A stretch of DNA of 54,313 bases, counting the filler, from Asterionella formosa (lineage: Eukaryota), in NCBI GenBank assembly GCA_002256025.1. It is 4 parts of 4 records of this genome, joined end to end, with 100 filler letters (N's around TTAATTAATTAA, not from the genome) between each part and the next. Parts side by side here need not be neighbours in the genome. Positions count along the whole stretch, not along the records: positions 1 to 13,516 come from NKIB01006632.1; 3 more parts are not named here. One strand, 5' to 3'. Made by a program: the position numbers and the translations under genes. This document shows positions 1 through 11,550 of this stretch, piece after piece. Under the pieces are notes generated by a model. It saw only the letters and a program-made list of their open reading frames with translations. It did no database searches and was not told the DNA's origin. Each line of letters starts with the position of its first letter. Position 1 is the first letter of the stretch.

Positions 1-323
1 GTGAAAACTTCACATGAAACCGTTAAAAGTAATCTTTTTACGTGAAGAGTGGCATTAATGCATGTGAAGTACCACATAATTAACACTCGTACGTAGACGA
101 AATTTCGAAAAGTCAAATGAATTATTTGAAACATCAACTAATTCAGTCTCGCGTTCAAAATTCATTGTGAAAACTTCACATGAAGCAGTCTAAACTTCAC
201 ATGAAACCGTTAAAAGTGATCTTTTTTACGTGAAGAGTGGCATTAATGCATGTGAAGTACCACATAATTAACACTCATACGTAGACGAAATTTCGAAAAG
301 TGGCGTATATCGCGGCTTAGATG
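1..323. mobile_element. Right end of a CATCTA-terminus DNA transposon (same terminus family as 644-7440), with a ~110-bp subterminal direct duplication
   Basis: Ends ...TTCGAAAAGTGGCGTATATCGCGGCTTAGATG (323), similar to ...TTCGAAAATGTGCCGTAAATGGCGTCTTAGATG (7440). Bases ~6-113 are repeated at ~192-301. Confidence 0.55.
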
Positions 324-1367
324 CAAGTCACCAAGGAGCGTGCTCCAATAGTTCCGAGATATGCACTTGTACTTTTGCGACGAGTATCAGGGTAAATTGC
401 AATTGCACTGTCAACAACATCCATAGGGCGCATTTCTTTTGGGGTTAGCATCTTTAAATTGGATTGGGGGAAAGGTGGAAGTGAAAGCACCAATCATTGC
501 GATGATAGAATGTAGAACATTCTGTAGCCACTCAAGATATAGAAACATAGAACCATTCTTGTATAAAGTTCTAAATTTCGATCCATTTCATCCTATTTTG
601 AACAGTGATTTTGATGAGAATTACGATCAAAAAGGGAACATTGCATCTACAACGCCGATAAATAGTACAGCCTCGGCAAATAAACGCTAGTCAAATATCA
701 TCACCCAAATTAATTATTTGGGTGGCCCAATATGACGAATTTAGCTACGTACATAATTTAAGGGTATGACGACATAACATTAAAAAATATGATGTATCAT
801 ACAATATAGATGAACGGAGTGAACTAAAATAGTTTCGACAACTTCCATAATTATTTTAGAAACCCACATAATTTTTGGGGCCAACTGACAATATTTTCTG
901 GCCACACGAAGAAAAATTTGTTCAGTAATAATCTCTATAATATGGTACTTTCTCGACAATTCGCAACATTCCCGTTCACAAATTTTCTTCACTCTGACTA
1001 CCATTAATTCAGTTTAGTCGCTCCTATTTTATCTTTACTTTGATCACATTAATACCTCAAGGTTAAACAAATATATATTCAAGTCAAACAAATAATTATG
1101 TGTAACCAATCAACGTTTAAATTAAATTCTAGCTACAATCGCAAAATCAATCAAATTAATCGCTTCGCTATATATTTTATATTGATACTTTCTATAGATC
1201 GCAATTCTCAGACCAATACAACAAGCAATGGATGTTCATTCTTGCAGCTGGATGCTGTAACTAATCGCAAGATTGCTTGGCTACTCATAGTACTTGCAGG
1301 AATCCCTGTTACTACTACCGGTAGATCAATTCATAGCAAATGAGCCGGCTGCTCATTCTCATTGCTC

Positions 1368-2030
1368 AGATTGATTGTCTGTTGTAGAAAGAGGGCAACA
1401 TTTGCAGAGTGAGTTGATGAGAAAGCAAAAGTTGCGAAGCCATGATTTCGGTTCTGCTGTGCTCCTTACCATGTTCCCCAATTTCCAACCCAGCCCTAAT
1501 CAAATTGATTGTCTGCAATCAGTGAACAATGGTCGCAGAGTGATTTCATGACAAACAATTGTTACAAAGGCATTGTTCTTGTTGTGCTTACCATGCCGCC
1601 TGATTCCCAACAAATACCTTGCTCAACAGATTGATTGTTTGTAGACATAGAACAGCATTTGCACAGTGAGTTCGTGATCAACAAGTAACAAGCACTTAAT
1701 CAAGCCTTTCTTCTAATTCATTACAAATAAGCAATGCCTGCGCTAACAATTCCGAACGAAGACGAAGGAGAATTGGAGAGGAGATCCGCCCACAATAAGC
1801 AACAACAAACAATATCAGCAGAAGGCAAGAAAACATTGCACTTGCTTACCATGTATATATTTGTCCTCTATGAACCAGAGGAATCCTTTCAACAATGCGA
1901 ATAACAAATGATTGATAGCCTACCTGACACAGGATAGCCTTCCTGACACAGGCAGAGCACGACGCATTTCATTATTCCCAAGGTTCAACCCTGCCCTACC
2001 AAAAACAGATTGATTGTCTGTAGGAAAGGA
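1368..2030 (+). repeat. Degenerate ~125-bp repeats in the left arm of the element
   Basis: ATTGATTGT(C/T)TG recurs at ~1370, ~1504, ~1630 and ~2009; CTTACCATG at ~1466, ~1587 and ~1846. Confidence 0.5.
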
Positions 2031-2304
2031 ACAACGAAATTACAATAGAATAAGAACAAGAAAAATTACAGCAGAAACAACAGGGACAGCGATAAAGACA
2101 ACGAGAACACAACCATGATAGCAGAAAAGACGACAAAAACGACAACAATAACAATAATTTCTTTTTACCATGAATGTGATATTTTGTTCCTTTCGTTCCA
2201 GCAGTAGCTGTTTTTCATGACGAAAACTGGTGCGGACGGTCCTTCAGTGCTTGTGGACTGATTGTAAGTGCTGTGGCAACAAGTATTCTAAAACGCAGCT
2301 GCAA

Positions 2305-3142
2305 ATTTCTACAGCGATAACTCTAGCAAGTACAATATAGGAAAAAAAGCAAAGGATGAGCAGCTGTCTTTCGTTTATTCGTTTAGGAACAGCTGTTGCA
2401 TATTTTAACATTCAATGCATGTCGTGGTACTGAGTCAAAATTGAGATGTGCCGCAATGGCCTTCTCCGTTTCGGAGCAGCTTCAAATAGTTTACAGATAT
2501 AACTTTAGCAAGTACAATATAGAAAAAGAAGGAAAGGATGAGAAGCTGACAACAATTGAATCCGTAATTTCGTTAAGAAACAGCTGTTGCATATTTTTAA
2601 TATTCAATGCATGTCGCCGTAGTGAGTCAAAATTGAGAATGTGCCGCAATGGCCTTCTCCTTCTCGGAGCGGCTACAAATAGCCTACAGCGATAACTCTA
2701 ACAAGTATAATATAGAAAAAGAATCAGAGGATGAGCAGCTGTCATCAATTGAATTCGTAAACTTGTTTAGAAACAGCTGTTGCATATTTTAACATTCAAT
2801 GCATGTCGCCGTAGTGAGTCAAAAATGAGGGAAAGGATGAGCAGCTGTCATCGATTGAATTCGTTAATTCGTTTAGGAACAGCTGTTGCATATTTAAACA
2901 TTCAATGCATGATGCCGTAGTGAGTCGAAATTGAGATGCGTCGTAATGTCCTTCTCCGGTTTGGAGCAGATAGCAATAGTCTGAAGCGATAACTCTAGCA
3001 AGCACAATATAGAAAAAGAAGCAAAGTATGAGCAGCTGTCATCGATTGAATTCGTAAATTTGTTGAGAAACAGGAGCTGTTGCATATAGTAACATTCATT
3101 GTACGTCGCCATAGTGAGTCAAAATTGAGATGTGCCGCAATG
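2305..3142 (+). repeat. Satellite-like tandem array A, ~190-bp unit (~4.5 copies)
   Basis: AGCTGTTGCATA...CATTCAATGCATG...GTGAGTCAAAATTGAGATGTGCCGCAATGG recurs at ~2391, 2581, 2775, 2880 and 3075. Confidence 0.9.
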
Positions 3143-3519
3143 AAATATACTTTTTCCGATCGGCTAGATTACATCTAAATTGATTACTGTAGCAATAACA
3201 AATTTTTCGTTAAGGCAAGGGCCAAGGAGATGAGGACTAGTATCAGCTTTATTGAATTCAACCACTCCATGGCTAACCTGTATATTTCGCAATATTTCGC
3301 ACTTTTTCTGTACACCACCAGTCAATGCACTCCAGAAATAGTTGCTGATGTCTGATTTGACCAATTAAGCTCTTAGCAGTTTAGTAGATGGAAGCAATTT
3401 GGTAGAAAATAATAGCTTTGAGTTTTGGCGCGCCCCTGCTGATGTACTAACTATCATCACGGCATACTAGCACATCCTATGGTAGTAAATCAAAAATGAG
3501 AAGTGCCACAATCGCCATC

Positions 3520-5356
3520 TACACATCCTGATGCCTCCTCTGATCAATATATGTTCATTATGAGTATATTGACATTAGCCTTGACGGCATTGATCTTTTG
3601 TTCATCGAATACTATGCTGGATAGAAATCGGCCTTAAATTGGTGGAGAAAGATGGTTTTGAATTTTCGTTTCTACAGTATTGATCATATCAGTCCACTAC
3701 CACCGAAAAATTGCAAAATTTACTCATCCTGATACCTCCTTTTATGTTCGTTCTCATAAAATCAACATTTGCCATGACGGAATTGATCTCGTGTACATTG
3801 AATACTATGCTGGATAGAAATCGGCCTTAAAATGGTGGAGAAAGATGGTTTGGAATTTTTGTTGCCACAGCACTGATCATCAGTCCACCAGCATCCGAAA
3901 AATTACACATAAGGATGACTCCTTTGATCAGTATATGTTCGATCTCAGAATATCGGCTTTGGCCATGACGACATTGATCTCGTGGACATCGAATTCTATG
4001 CTGGATAGAAATCGGCCTTAAAATGGTGGAGCAAGATGGTTTGGAATTTTTGTTGGAACAGCACTGGTCATGCAGCAGTCCACAGCAAGCACGGAAATTT
4101 TACACACCATCCTGATGACCAATTTGATCAATATATTTTCGTTTTGAGAATATCGATATTAGAAATGACTGCACTGATCTCGTGAAAATAGAATACTTTG
4201 CCGAATAATAATCGGTCTTAAATTGGTGGAGAAAGATGGTTTTGAATTTTTGATGCCACAGCTCTGGCTGATGATCAGTCCACAAGCATCCGAAAATTTA
4301 CACATCCTGATGCCTCCATTGATCAATATATATTCGTTCTGAGACAATTGAGATTGGCCAAGAAGACATTGATCTTGTGTACATCGAATACTAGGCTGGA
4401 TAGAAATCAGCCTTAAAATGGTTGAGCAAGATGGTTAGGAATTCCGCTGCAGCAGTAAACAGCAAGCACCAAAAAATTATACACATTCCTGATGACCAAT
4501 TTGATCAATATATGATCGTTCTAATCATATCAACATTCGACATAAATGCTTTGATTTCATGTTCATCAAATACTATGCTAGATAGAAATCGGCCTTAAAT
4601 TGGTTGAGAAGGAGGGTTGTTGTTGCCACAGCTCTGATGATCAGTCCACAAGCATCCGAAAATTTTACTCATCCTGATGCCTCCATTTATTAACATATAG
4701 TCGTTCTGAGAATATCGACATTGGCCATGAAGACTTTGATCTTGTGTACATTGAAACCTTTGCTGGATATAAATCGGTCTTCAATTGGTGGAGAAAGATG
4801 GTTTGGAATACTGGTCATGCAGCAGTCCACAAGAACCGAAATTGCACACATCCTGATGACCAATTTGATCAATATATGTTCGTTTTGAAATTATCGATAT
4901 TCGTAATGACGGCACTGTTCTCGTGTACATCGAATACTTTTCTGGATATAAATCGGCCTTATATTAGTGGAGAAAGATGGTTTGGAATGTCTGTCTTATG
5001 ATCACTGCACAGCAAGCACCGAAAATTTACACACCCTCTTGGCTGATGACCAATTCGATCAATTTATGTTCGTTTTGAGAATATCGATATTCGAAATGAC
5101 GGCAATGATCTTTTGTACATCGAATACTATGCTGGATACTAGAAATCGGCCATAAAATGGTGGAGACAGATGGTTTGGAATTTTTGTAACCACAGCACTG
5201 ATGTTCAGTCCATAGCAAGTACCGATTTTTACACACCATCTTGATGACCAATTCAATTAATATATATTAATTCTAAGATTATTGCCATTCGCCATGTCGG
5301 CATTGATCTCGTGTATATCGAATACAATTCTAGATAGAAATTTGCCTTAACATGGT
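3520..5356 (+). repeat. Satellite-like tandem array B, ~190-bp unit (~10 copies)
   Basis: CATCGAATACTATGCTGGATAGAAATCGGCCTTAAAATGGTGGAGAAAGATGGTTT recurs every ~180-200 bp (~3626, 3819, 4010, 4210, 4405, 4587, 4772, 4951, 5144, 5340). Confidence 0.92.
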
Positions 5357-5985
5357 CCAAACCATCTTTCTCCACCAATTCAAGGCCGATTTCTATCCAG
5401 AATAGTATTCGATGTACGCGAGATCAATGCCGTCATGGTGAATGTTCATATTCTGAGAACGAACATATATAAATCGAATTGGTCATCAGGTAGGTTTGTA
5501 AAATCTCGGTGCTTGCTGTGAACTGAACATCACCAGTTCCGAAACGGAGAAGGCCATTGTGGCACATCTCAATTTTGACTCACTATGGCAACATGCATTG
5601 AATGTTAAAATATGCAACAGCTGTTTCTAAACAATTTTATGAATTCAATCGATGACAGCTGCTCATCCTCTGATTCTTTTTCTATATTGTATTTTCTAGA
5701 GTTATCGCTGTAGACTATTTGTAGCCGCTCCGAAAAGGAGACGGCCATTGCGGCACATCTCAATTTTGACTCACTATGGCAACATGCATTGAATATTAAA
5801 AATATGCAACAGCTGTTTCTTAACGAATTTACGGATTCAATCGATGACAGCTGCTCATCCTCTGATTCTTTTTCCATATTATACTTGTTAGAGTTATCGC
5901 TGTAAACTATTTGTAGCTGCTCCGAAACGGAGAAGGCCATTGTGGCACATCTCAATTTCGATTCACTACGGAGACATGCAATGCT
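5357..5985 (-). repeat. Inverted block: one reverse B unit (5357-5531) then ~2.3 reverse A units (5539-5985)
   Basis: CCAAACCATCTTTCTCCACC...GGCCGATTTCTATCCAG is the reverse complement of B; CCATTGTGGCACATCTCAATTTTGACTCAC...TGCAACAGCTGTTT is the reverse complement of A. Confidence 0.9.
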
Positions 5986-6397
5986 CAACAAGGACCAACG
6001 GTGCTTTATTTCTAATCTGGCAGGCTATTGTAATATCTACAATCAACAATGACTAAACAATGTGTCTACAACATCAACTACCACTACGTGTGCTGAATTC
6101 TACGTTGTGAATCTTCCTCTTGCATGTGTTGTTATTTGCCAGTTGAGATCAAAGAAATATGTCTGAGCAGAAAAAAAACGTGAATCGGAATTGGCGACTC
6201 TTTCATTCATTATATGGTGAAAGCAGCATAATATTGTAGCGGAGCTAGTTGTTCAACATATCATTTCACGAGCACACATAATTATTGGTGTGATCACATA
6301 ATTATTCGATAAGTGAAATAAATTTTTGTTTAACCCGAATAAATTAGGCAAAAAGTAACATAATATTTGAAAAAAGTAGCATAAATACGTCACTTTA

Positions 6398-7396
6398 GGA
6401 CCGTTCTTATCATTCTGTCATTGGCCGTCATTGGTGTATCATCTCCGAAATATGATACAAAAATGGCGGTTTGGTTTTTTTTGTGTATCACCAACCGTTT
6501 TTTTGGTCTGATCACCAGTGTATCATGGGTGTATCACTGATACAGTTTTTGGACCCCTGACCAATGCTGTATCAGTGATACAGCCGTTGATCACTGTGAT
6601 CACTTCCGTTGCCACTGATAAAATAACTGTAGACATGCCAGCGCCACCTATATTATTTATTTTGTGGATGGGAAAATCAACATCAGCAACACAGCGCAAC
6701 TTGAAAACGCCACTGGTGCAATCGATTGATCTAATGGCGTCTATAACACAAAGTCTAACCTAACACCACTTTTTGCAAGCATTTTTGTCATATGATAGTT
6801 TTGTTGTAGTCGTATAAGCAGTCATAGCTTTAGTCGTTGCTGTAACAAATCAATAGTTCTGTTTGCAATCATATAAAATGACGAATGTTCCTCTTCTACA
6901 TTGTTGATTCGTAATTTCTTATACAATTTTAAAGATATATCTATATTTCCTTTTCTCTTGCATCGTTCGTACAATGATATCTTAGACCGCAAAAGCGCAG
7001 CGACTCCTTTGCCATTTTGATGGAGAAATAGCTGATTATCGACATGGTCAATGTGTTGACGAGTCTCTCAATACCTGGTACCAGGGGCTAGTAGCATGTA
7101 CTGCACAGGCTCCGTAAGATGATACCGGTATGATATTTGTTAATATATTTCGGTTTTTATTTTTATTTAAGCTACGCATATGCATATTACTGCTCATATA
7201 TATCTAGATGCTCGTAGTTGGCCTGCTGTCACCGTTGACAATCCTTGTTACTCAATGATACACTGTGATACAAATTAGTGATTCAGTGTCACTTTTGGAA
7301 TGAATGAAATTCAGTTCAAATCGAGTTACTGTTGCTGATACATTTTCAAAAAAATTCAAATTCCGTGATACACGAAAAAAGTGATAAGAACAGCCC
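6398..7396. mobile_element. PIF/Harbinger-type MITE (999 bp) with TTA target-site duplication
   Basis: TTA|GGACCGTTCTTATCA ... TGATAAGAACAGCCC|TTA (15-bp TIR, 2 mismatches). The empty site is present in the paralogous arm at 41455-41466 (ATGTC TAA AGTG). Subtermini are rich in TGTATCA/TGATACA. Confidence 0.85.
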
Positions 7397-7774
7397 TTAG
7401 ACATGAATTCGAAAATGTGCCGTAAATGGCGTCTTAGATGTGGCTGTTTAACCACACAAAATGTAGAAACATAAAAATGATTTCGTGATATAACAGTAAA
7501 ATTACAATCCATTTCAACCTATTTTTAACAGCTATTTCGATTAGAGTTACCATCAAATAAGGATAGATGTATGATAAAGGAATGTACATCATAGTATAAT
7601 GTTTTGATAATTATATGGAGGTTTTTTTGATTATTATGAGTAAGCTTAGCCTGTTCACTTTCATAGTATGCATTTAGCATACGTATAACAAAATATGTAT
7701 CATGCGCAGAAAATTTCTGTGCCAGTTATCGTATGATACCCCTGATCTTTTCAGTACGATATTTTTTGTTAGCA

Positions 7775-9087
7775 GACGCTGGTGTGTGGATCAGAAAGGA
7801 ATCGCGGTCCTGGGACATGTAGCGGAAGGCAACCTTTTTCGGTTTTGCCCCTTTACTGTTCTTGGCCATTCAAATGCAGACTGTAGATTCAATAAATCAT
7901 TTAGGACCATTTCGACACAGCTCAAATTGTAGAATCATCATCACAGATGATTGTAGAGTAGATAACATTGCATTTATTAGCTACTTGTATCAACCATCAT
8001 TTCCACACCCACATCTGGTTCCATTGCCTTCGATCTTACAGTTACATGATTCTTGGAGAAAGCATGTTGCTTGATAGGTTTGCTTCTTGTACCGTATAGC
8101 CCTGTCGCACAATTTACAGACCTTTGATTTTACTCGATAGTCTAGTATCTTTCTTGTGTAGCCACTGATGGAGAATGCATGACCGCTTACGGAGCAAGCA
8201 AGTTGTACTTATTTCCACTTCATCGCTACCGCCAGCCCATATTGTAACTAAATGTCAGGCGTGGCATATTCTGCACAGCCATACGTTCAGTACCAGATAG
8301 TGACTTCCACCACTGGAAATAATGTACTTTGTCTGCATCACATGCCTCTTGCATTCCAAGAGCTGTTGTTTCCAGTTGGGCTTTCCCAACAAGCTCCTCA
8401 ACAGCACAGAAGTTTCCTTGCCTTGACCAGTACCCAACTGGAATCGGTAAGTTCATTGCAGAACAAATAAAGTCTGCATCGCCAGGTTCCAATCCCGCCT
8501 CATGACAACCCAAAATAAACTGTTGGTTGATTGAAAAGTGTTTTGCTTCAATTTCCTTATTTTTATCTCACCATTGTCTTTGGTGTTATCGCTTCTTGCA
8601 GATTCAAGTTTAGCTATCATTTTCTCACAGGTCGGACAGGTGATTTGTATTTCGCTTGCCAACCCTAAGTTCTCAGAGGACACAACAATCAATGGTTGCG
8701 GGATGCATGGGATTTCCGTGGATAGAAACGCTTTTTCCAAGAAGGATTCACATTTCTTATTTATGCTAATGTGATAGGCACTAAGTCTTGTACTGTTTGT
8801 TTAAAATATTCTTTGACATATGCATTTACACAACTTTTGCAAATCACGTCGTCATTCAGCAATCTGGTGAATGAATTACAGCCGATTAAGTGGTTCCTGT
8901 TCTGCTGTTCAGATGGTTGTTGTTTCTGTTGTTGTTTAATCGCTTTATTTGTTGGGAGAGGGGAGAGGGGAGAGGATGTTGATGACAATGACCACCAATT
9001 CTGATTTTCATCGCCGATGACATTTCGACCTCCATGTCCACCAGTTCCAATTTCGGAAACAAGATGGGCACCCTTAGAACATGGCAT
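7775..9087 (-). pseudogene. Frameshifted DDE transposase remnant of the PF20700 'Mutator-like'/Kolobok type
   Basis: Minus-strand frames joined across frameshifts and stops give GLASEIQITCPTC ... FICSAMNLP ... LTFSYNMGWR ... SGHAFSISGYTRKILDYRVKSKVCKLC ... SKAMEPD ... IICDDDST ... KGCLPLHVPGPRFLSDPH, matching the family motif order SxDxxWQ / GKxLDxxVxSKxC / SxxME / DxDS. Confidence 0.8.
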
Positions 9088-9130
9088 GTTGATGTTGCTG
9101 CCTATATTGTTTGTTGCTACTATTGAATGG

Positions 9131-9739
9131 TTAAACTATCAAACTATAGATCAATGTTAAAAAAATTACATTAAGACAAAGTCGAAGAATACATGCCACC
9201 TCATTTCTTCTTCTAAAGTATTTTGAAACGACACACTTAGGTGCATTGAAGTGATAAATAAACTGAAATGAATGAAAATAGTACCTTGATTTAGAGCGTT
9301 TAGAAACAGGTTTGAAGCCATTGTACACTTCGTTTGGGTCCTTGTTCTTCAAAAGAGATCGAACCCCCTTCAAACAACAGTCAGGAATTTGCATCTGATC
9401 ACCTTTTCCCAATGGACCAGAGAAAACTCTGATTAAAATCTTGTATAGAAGATTGCGAGCTCTTGATGCCATATTGTCTTCATCCTTCAACCTGGTAAGA
9501 ATGGATTCACCTTCGAAGAACTTCTCCACCAACTCTTCTACTTCATCCCATTGGCACTGACATTTGGGGCAACCAAAATCGAAGTATTCGCAGAAGATGT
9601 GATCCTCACATCCCTCCTCAGCCGACTCTACAATCAACCAGTCTTGACAGGTAGGACAACTGCCATGACTGTAGTTAAATTCGTCATCACCATTGTCATC
9701 ATGGTGACGTGTAATTTCGCTAATGGTGGATTGTTGCAT
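9131..9739 (-). CDS. Cys-rich protein with a KolX / P2X7 C-terminal (ballast)-like motif; probable transposon accessory gene
   Basis: CPTC, CPKCQC, then RNLLYKILIRVFSGPLGKGDQMQIPDCCLKGVRSLLKNKDPNEVYNGFK, resembling R..Y...G.LG.G.R..IP.C....IR........Y.GF. The AT-rich tail after SKSR may be intron or readthrough. Confidence 0.6.
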   Translation of the reverse strand: MQQSTISEITRHHDDNGDDEFNYSHGSCPTCQDWLIVESAEEGCEDHIFCEYFDFGCPKCQCQWDEVEELVEKFFEGESILTRLKDEDNMASRARNLLYKILIRVFSGPLGKGDQMQIPDCCLKGVRSLLKNKDPNEVYNGFKPVSKRSKSRYYFHSFQFIYHFNAPKCVVSKYFRRRNEVACILRLCLNVIFLTLIYSLIV

Positions 9740-9846
9740 TTGTTTGTTTCTTACTGGTAGTCATCAACAATATTTGCCATGCTACCAGCTTGACTTGTAT
9801 GCCACATATAGTCTATGTTGATTGTATTATCGGTATAGGTTACTAT

Positions 9847-10060
9847 AAAAATTATAAAGTAAATTTTACAGTATGCTATTGTTAAAAAGACGACGAATGT
9901 GGAGGTTGTGAAGTCGCACTTGGCCCCCAGAGGGCCTTAGACCTGCTTGTTGTCTGCATCACCACCCGGAACCCAAGGGACTACATACACAAAGCAGGTG
10001 GAGAATGCTGGAATCGAACCCACCACCTTGGAAGGTGAGCTAACCAACTAAGCTATTCCC
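9847..10060 (-). mobile_element. tRNA-derived SINE (~214 bp) with 16-bp TSD
   Basis: Minus strand starts GGGAATAGCTTAGTTGGTTAGC (A box) ... GGGTTCGATTCC (B box) and ends AT-rich. Flanked by identical CGGTATAGGTTACTAT at 9831-9846 and 10061-10076. Confidence 0.88.
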
Positions 10061-11550
10061 CGGTATAGGTTACTATGTATAAATAGAGCAATGTAGAATG
10101 TTTATATTTATTTAGCGAATTCGAAAAGGGATCTATGAATGTATGTGCAAATTTCCATTGATTGGAATATTTCAAATGGAATCATAATTATTCAAAAATA
10201 GCTCATAAAAATTCTTAGTTCCAGGAGAATTTTGGCAACCCTACTAAGCGATATTTTAATTTTTGCCTCAGGGTTGAAATGCAGGAATTTTAGTACATGG
10301 ATCTGTTGCTTAGAGCAAGCCTGCACTGAGCAATTGATCCGGAGAAAATCGTTGGAGTCCAAATGGCCCCGGAGAATTTTGAGAAATCGATGCAACTGTT
10401 TACGGACGGAAAGAGTACCTGGTACCAGTTAAAAACTGTAAGCCACCGCTATGACGACTTTTGAACTATTAGTCACCGCTAAACGGAGTAAACGCACGGT
10501 TTGAACTTAGTTTGCAAGATACGTTATTTATTGTCACGAAGTAGTTGTTCAGGTTTTATTAAGCGAGTAAATACTTATGTACTTGCATTGTTGCTTTGTG
10601 TAAGTTGTTAAATATTTATTATGGCCCAAAGGTTGCTGTCGACGCGAAATTGCGAAACATGGATTTTTCACGTTAACTCTATTGAGCTGGCATCGCCTTT
10701 TCTATACATGTACCGGCACATGTACAAGAATGATAATGTTCTTACGATAGAATCAATTTAGTAAAATTAATTAGGTGTACGATATCATCATGCTTTCGAA
10801 TACACTATGCGTCATTTGCATTTGGTGATGATGCAAGCGCAAAAAGCATATTGTATCACGCCTAACAGGTAAAGTAATACGAAAAGAGTTTCTGTACTAT
10901 AAACGGAGTAAAAATAATATCGGTTTGGGGGAAAATATAGTCCTGTAAGCAACCGCTATGCAACAATCTTAATGACTTTGAAAACATTATATCTCCATGG
11001 CTTGATACACTGAATCGAAACTGATTACTTATTCGTTGAGTAGAGTGCATCTTCGAACATACTCTTGGTACTTGCATCAGGTTTCGATTGATAATTTACT
11101 TAAGGTTGCGGCCCCGGCTTAACCCTAGTTCGGAGAAAATATCGCTAGGGTTGTAAAAACGGCGTGGAACAGGGAGTTTCCTACTATGAATTCCCATGAT
11201 TCGAGTGTCCATTTGAATATTTGAATTAAATAGGAAGCGGGGCCAGATTGATAGAGTTCCATTTGAAACAAACAAAAATGATATTTAAACGTAGATACCA
11301 TATCAATATTGCTGTATGTAGACATAATTTTGCTCAACGCCAAAACACATATATACATATTGGTAGTATACCAACATGTATGCTCATGGCTCTTGTTTAT
11401 ACGTTACATTGAATCTACGTTGCTGGATGTAGCCCACGCACAGAGGTATATGGTACACTGTATCAAACATTGGGTCACACTGTGCAATGTATACACTGTA
11501 CACTAGACTGCATATTCTGTAAATGGTCACTATTGGTTTAGCACAAGGGT

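Larger units (their letters stand above)
644..7440. mobile_element. Non-autonomous TIR element (CACTA/EnSpm-like termini, foldback-like internal satellite arrays)
   Basis: Left end CATCTACAACGCC; right end reverse complement CATCTAAGACGCC (11/13); TG on both flanks (possible 2-bp TSD). Joining the flanks restores a host tandem unit (540-635 resembles 7463-7562). The right arm recurs inverted at 41419-42320. Confidence 0.65.

Noticed and set aside
2305..5985. Arrays as CRISPR or as repeat-protein genes (ORFs 2396-2695, 4744-5001, 5605-5991)
   Set aside because: Whole ~190-bp units repeat with no unique spacers, no cas genes, variable unit lengths and frequent stops.
9998..10061. Functional tRNA gene
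   Set aside because: A and B boxes present but the anticodon arm region is too short; TSD and tail indicate a SINE head.
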